From the NCBI GenBank assembly GCA_965644315.1, contig CBFFRQ010000087.1, positions 62,001 to 126,000 on the forward strand: a DNA stretch of 64,000 nucleotides, in the 5' to 3' direction. Positions 60,144 through 64,000 of this stretch are shown piece by piece (the stretch's first letter is position 1; each line of letters begins with the position of its first letter). The stretch comes from Caecitellus pseudoparvulus (lineage: Eukaryota; Protista; Bigyra: Bicosoecida). The notes beneath the pieces were generated by a model that was not told where the DNA came from, did no database searches, and worked only from the letters and a program-made list of their open reading frames with translations. A program made the translations under genes and the position numbers.

Positions 60144-61349
60144 TCACTTGCTCGACTGCAACGCACCCGTCTCCTCATGCAGTGTGGACACGCCACTTGC
60201 ATCATCATCATGGGCCGCCTTGCTTGCCATTTCGGCGGGCACGGCTGACGCCTGTGCTTGCTGCAGCTCCTCCAGCGCTTGCTGCCATCTATTGTTCAAC
60301 TGAGCAGTAGCCAACCACTTGGCCAGGGCAGGAAACGAAACAGACACTGGCGACGAGTCAGATGACGCCTTTTCCGTCCCACACACCTGCTCACACCAAC
60401 GACCACCTGCTGCAAGCAAGGGGCTTGCAAACACCCTTGTCAACCACGCAGTGGCCTCGAAGTCAGCTGTCGCTGGCGTCATGCCGCTCATGAAACCAGT
60501 CCAAGCGTACTGCCGAGACTTGGAGCTCGCATCAGCACGCTGCTCAAGGAACTGCAGTCCCTTCTTCAGCGTGGCAGCCGCCTGCTGGGCCATTCGGAGC
60601 GCGGGCGTCTCGCTTGAGACACTTGCCAGGCTGGGGGTCAACGCCTCCAACATCGTCAACGGCTGGGCCACGATGCGCTGCAGAGTGACGCACCAGTCTG
60701 TCTGTTGTGCGTTTTGGTCTGGGGAGCTGTACCTTGGCTCCATGAAGCCGGACTCCATGGATGTCACGATGTGCCCCATGTAGTGCATGGCAACCGCTGT
60801 GGAGGGAACGTTGTGCGCACTGTGACCTGCACACCAACCGCGTGCAAGGCAACGTGCGAGCTCACAAGAATCACGGAAGGTGGGACCAGTTTCGGTCCGT
60901 GTGTCGTGCAGAATGGGCGAAAAGCCTTGGGGCGACACGCTCTGTGGGCACCGGCGAGAACAGGCGTGCTGCGGATCACGACACACAGCTGGTTGACACT
61001 GCACGCACCAGGAAGGCACCACTGGGCTGTCCGTGCTCATTGCGGTGGTAGAGAGTGACGCTGTAGCCAATGCCGAGGAACCTCCCCAGCGCAACCAACT
61101 GCAGAGCTCCAGAGGGCGCGAGAGAAGTATGTTGGCGTGGTGGCGGAAAATGACCTGCCCCACTCTACAGCCACAGCACAAACATCTCACTTTCTGAGTG
61201 TCTGGTGTAACGGGCAGCAGTGCATGAATCTCCAGAGTACTTGTAGCTGCTGCCATGGCTGCCAATGCCCAGAGTGGGCTCGTCTCTTTGCCGGCTCGGC
61301 AAGTCTGCGTTTGGCTTTGCTCGGGTTGCTCAGTCAGCGTAGAGAGCAC
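60144..61349 (-). CDS. Hypothetical protein (probably spliced)
   Basis: 401-aa ORF with helical, protein-like composition in the 3' half. No family recognised. Confidence 0.45.
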   Translation of the reverse strand: MLSTLTEQPEQSQTQTCRAGKETSPLWALAAMAAATSTLEIHALLPVTPDTQKVRCLCCGCRVGQVIFRHHANILLSRPLELCSWLRWGGSSALATASLSTTAMSTDSPVVPSWCVQCQPAVCRDPQHACSRRCPQSVSPQGFSPILHDTRTETGPTFRDSCELARCLARGWCAGHSAHNVPSTAVAMHYMGHIVTSMESGFMEPRYSSPDQNAQQTDWCVTLQRIVAQPLTMLEALTPSLASVSSETPALRMAQQAAATLKKGLQFLEQRADASSKSRQYAWTGFMSGMTPATADFEATAWLTRVFASPLLAAGGRWCEQVCGTEKASSDSSPVSVSFPALAKWLATAQLNNRWQQALEELQQAQASAVPAEMASKAAHDDDASGVSTLHEETGALQSSK

Positions 61350-61761
61350 AGCACCGCTTCACGGCCACGCTACAAGTGTTGTAAGAGAGGGATGATGGGG
61401 AGCTGGGATGGCGCAATGTTTGTGGTGAATTGGGCCGCTCGGATGTCACACGGTGTCTGACTGTGCAGAGCCCACAAGCCTGCTACAGCTGAATGACTTA
61501 CTTGAGTGACTAACGGAGTAGCATCTGACTTCGAGTTCTTGGTGAACCGTCTTCGGACTGGGCAAAATGAAACAAAAAGAGCAATCCGGGACCCGAGAAA
61601 ATCACAAGCGATGCAGACACCCCCTCGTATCTTCAACTTGATCCCCATTTCAGCCTTGTTTGCAGGTTTGCGGACGGCAGTGGGCGGAAATTGGTTCACC
61701 CCCCTTTCGACACACTTTGCCTGCGCCAGCGTGGCTGTGAACGCGTGACGAGCTACACACC

Positions 61762-63600
61762 ATGGCACAGAGCGGCAAGCAACGCAACGATTCCCCTCTG
61801 TACATCAGGGCCGGGGAGGAGGGTGACGCGTTGGGGCTGCAGGGTGTGGTTGTGCCGCCTTCGTGGACCAGCACTGCTGTGCGGATTTTGGTGCCTGAGA
61901 ACGGCACCTTGCGCAGCACTGTTGCGAGCGCTGTGGGTCCCCGTGGCGTGGGCAAGAGTACGTTTCTGCGCTGGCTTGGCTTGTTCGCGATTCGGCAAGG
62001 CTATGTGGTGCATTGGGTGGACTTGGACCCTGGGCAGCCGGCTTGGTGCCACTCTGGTCTGCTCGTGCAGCATGCAAATGTGGACGAGGGCACGTTGCGC
62101 ACTGCTCCATGGTCAGCCCTTCGCCCGCTTGGCCAGCCAGTAGAGAGCCCCAGTGCTGTGCACAGCGTGGCGTTCCCGTACGGCTTCAATTCGCCTCGCG
62201 GGGACCCACAGCGCTTCCTGGAGTGCGCTGGTGCTGCGCTGCGAAGGCTTGAACACCGAGGGCAGGCGCCGACGCTGTTCATCGTGAACACCTGCGGTTG
62301 GGTGCAAGGCATGGGCATGCAGTGTACTTTGGACGCTTTGGCACACGCAGTTGACCTGAGGGGTGGTAAGGGGGGGCTGCTGCAGCACCTGAAGCCTGGG
62401 GACAGCTCCAGCGAGTCGCCAGCACCTGGTCTTGCATCTGCTGCGTTGCACATGGTGGTATTCCCAGGTGCAGAGCACATGGGAGCTGCCCTCATGCAGG
62501 CTTTTCCTGACTCTAACCCCGTTGTCGTGTGCCAGGTGCAGGGGGGCAGTGGGGCGCTTGTGGCAGGTACGCCAGGTACGAGTGAGGCGGCACGGGGGGA
62601 TGCAGGTGGAGACGCGACACCAGGCAGTGAGGGAGCTGCGACGCCCCCCCAGACACCCCTTGTTTTGGCGAGTGCAGTGGACTCCAAGAGTGTGCCTGTT
62701 TCTGGTCCTGCCGTTGGTGGCGTGAAGCGAGGTCGCAGCTCCGACAAGGCGTCTCGAGATTCCGTGACGGTTGAGGAGCTTTGCGCCATGTGGGACGCAC
62801 CCCCACGCCAGCCAGCGTCGGGTGCACACGCACGTGCACTGCGCAGTCTTGCTGGAACACTTGGCGGGTCGTCTTTGCTTGCGCCTCGGGACAGTTCCCT
62901 GGCATTTGCCGCGCCGGGGCTCCCGCTCGCGACTGCGCGAACAACCGAGGTGGCAGCTCATCCGAGCGCACACAGCAGTAAGAAGCGCCGGAAAGTGCAC
63001 GAGCGCGAACAAGCAGTGGCAGGACCAGGCGTTCTTGATGCACTGACACACAACACACAAGATGTGTGGGTGCCTCTCTCCGACTTGGCTGTGTTTGACA
63101 GCTCGGCGACACTTGTGCGAGCAGCTGAGGCTGCCTCTGTGGTCGCTGCACAGGGCCTTGCACGCCACGTCATGCTACTGAGCTTGCCGCAGCCGTCAGA
63201 GTCAATTGATGCCAGTGGGGTGGGCTACTCCGGCTTTGGCTGCGGAGGGCAGCAGCTGTGGAGTGAGGGAAGTCGCGGCTCCCCCACTGCACCGTACACT
63301 TTGCCGCCCACTGCCAGCGTTGTGGAAGTGGCCTTTGCCAAGACTCTGCTGCACACGCACAAGCTGGGCCCTGTGCTTGTAGTGGCGCTGCCCCACACTC
63401 TCAGCGTGTCGGCTCTGCGGTGGGCGGATGCGATCTTCCTAAGCCAGGCGCCGGCTCCAGCGCACGTGCTGGTCGCACCAGCCGACGACAAGTGGCCTGA
63501 CCCCTCTGGCGCGCCCCGAGTGCGGCACCACATGGGCATTGGCCCAGCTGGACTGACTGCCTTCTCCTCACCTCTGCCACTTTTGAAGCAAGGGCGGTGA
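61762..63600 (+). CDS. NOL9: Polynucleotide 5'-hydroxyl kinase, NOL9/GRC3 (Clp1 family)
   Basis: Walker A GPRGVGKST, DLDPGQP, GFNSPRGDP and IVNTCGWVQGMG. Confidence 0.85.
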   Translation: MAQSGKQRNDSPLYIRAGEEGDALGLQGVVVPPSWTSTAVRILVPENGTLRSTVASAVGPRGVGKSTFLRWLGLFAIRQGYVVHWVDLDPGQPAWCHSGLLVQHANVDEGTLRTAPWSALRPLGQPVESPSAVHSVAFPYGFNSPRGDPQRFLECAGAALRRLEHRGQAPTLFIVNTCGWVQGMGMQCTLDALAHAVDLRGGKGGLLQHLKPGDSSSESPAPGLASAALHMVVFPGAEHMGAALMQAFPDSNPVVVCQVQGGSGALVAGTPGTSEAARGDAGGDATPGSEGAATPPQTPLVLASAVDSKSVPVSGPAVGGVKRGRSSDKASRDSVTVEELCAMWDAPPRQPASGAHARALRSLAGTLGGSSLLAPRDSSLAFAAPGLPLATARTTEVAAHPSAHSSKKRRKVHEREQAVAGPGVLDALTHNTQDVWVPLSDLAVFDSSATLVRAAEAASVVAAQGLARHVMLLSLPQPSESIDASGVGYSGFGCGGQQLWSEGSRGSPTAPYTLPPTASVVEVAFAKTLLHTHKLGPVLVVALPHTLSVSALRWADAIFLSQAPAPAHVLVAPADDKWPDPSGAPRVRHHMGIGPAGLTAFSSPLPLLKQGR

Positions 63601-64000
63601 GTTTTGAGGAGTAGCGCGTGCTGTGCATTGCGGAAATAGAGCTTGCCTCAACGCACAGCAGCGCAGGAACAGCGAAGGGGGGGTGGGAGGGCGAACACAG
63701 GCAGTGTGCAAGCGTCTGCCAGACTTGCTGGGAGGGAGCAGGCACACCCCTGCCATGGGCTGCAGGGCGGTCCAGTGCCTGTGAGGGTACAGCTGTTCAC
63801 AGGTGAAACGCATCAGGATCCGCCGAGAGCCGAGGGGGTTCAGGAAATCGAGGGGAAGCAGAGGGCTGCCGGGTGGCGGCCAAGGGGAACGGAGAAGGGG
63901 ATGCGTCCAGTCAGCATGGGGCGTCTCAGGCGAAGCGCCCCGAGACCAGCTCACCCCGGTGGTTCCGCACCTGCCGCACTGAGGTGGGGCTGGATGCCAC

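Noticed and set aside
63568-64000. Possible 3' end of a minus-strand gene at the window edge
   Set aside because: Too short and featureless to call.

Overview
This is gene-dense eukaryotic DNA, not prokaryotic. It is about 60-68% GC by eye, has short GT-AG spliceosomal introns (typical donors gtacgt/gtgcgt/gtgagt) and very short intergenic gaps. DRC1 indicates a flagellated protist; a stramenopile-type heterotroph is my guess, not demonstrated. Confidently recognised genes: TRAPPC6, mitochondrial F1 ATP synthase beta, NOP2, ADP/ATP carrier, RAD17, a HAD phosphatase, DRC1, a spartin/senescence-domain protein and NOL9/GRC3. Also present: WW, PH, EF-hand-like and SANT proteins, a secreted bacterial-type alpha/beta esterase, a LEA-like protein and two large multipass membrane proteins. 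The standout observation is the ATP synthase beta subunit (702 aa as spliced by hand). Its catalytic core is canonical, but it has a 129-aa charged helical segment in the N-terminal beta-barrel 'crown', where homologues have a loop of under about 10 aa, and a ~70-aa C-terminal extension; this suggests a non-canonical F1 architecture. Other notable items: a tandem double-SpoVS (bacterial Alba-fold) protein with an RG-rich leader; a 4500-aa single-ORF surface protein (silk-like Gly-Thr-Tyr-Pro repeat, lectin-like modules, GGA beta-helix, multipass anchor); an intron-containing bacterial-like esterase with a 13-nt microexon; and a ~3 kb AT-rich island that looks like a decayed non-LTR retrotransposon. 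Exon structures were derived by hand and family assignments come from remembered motifs; no searches were run.
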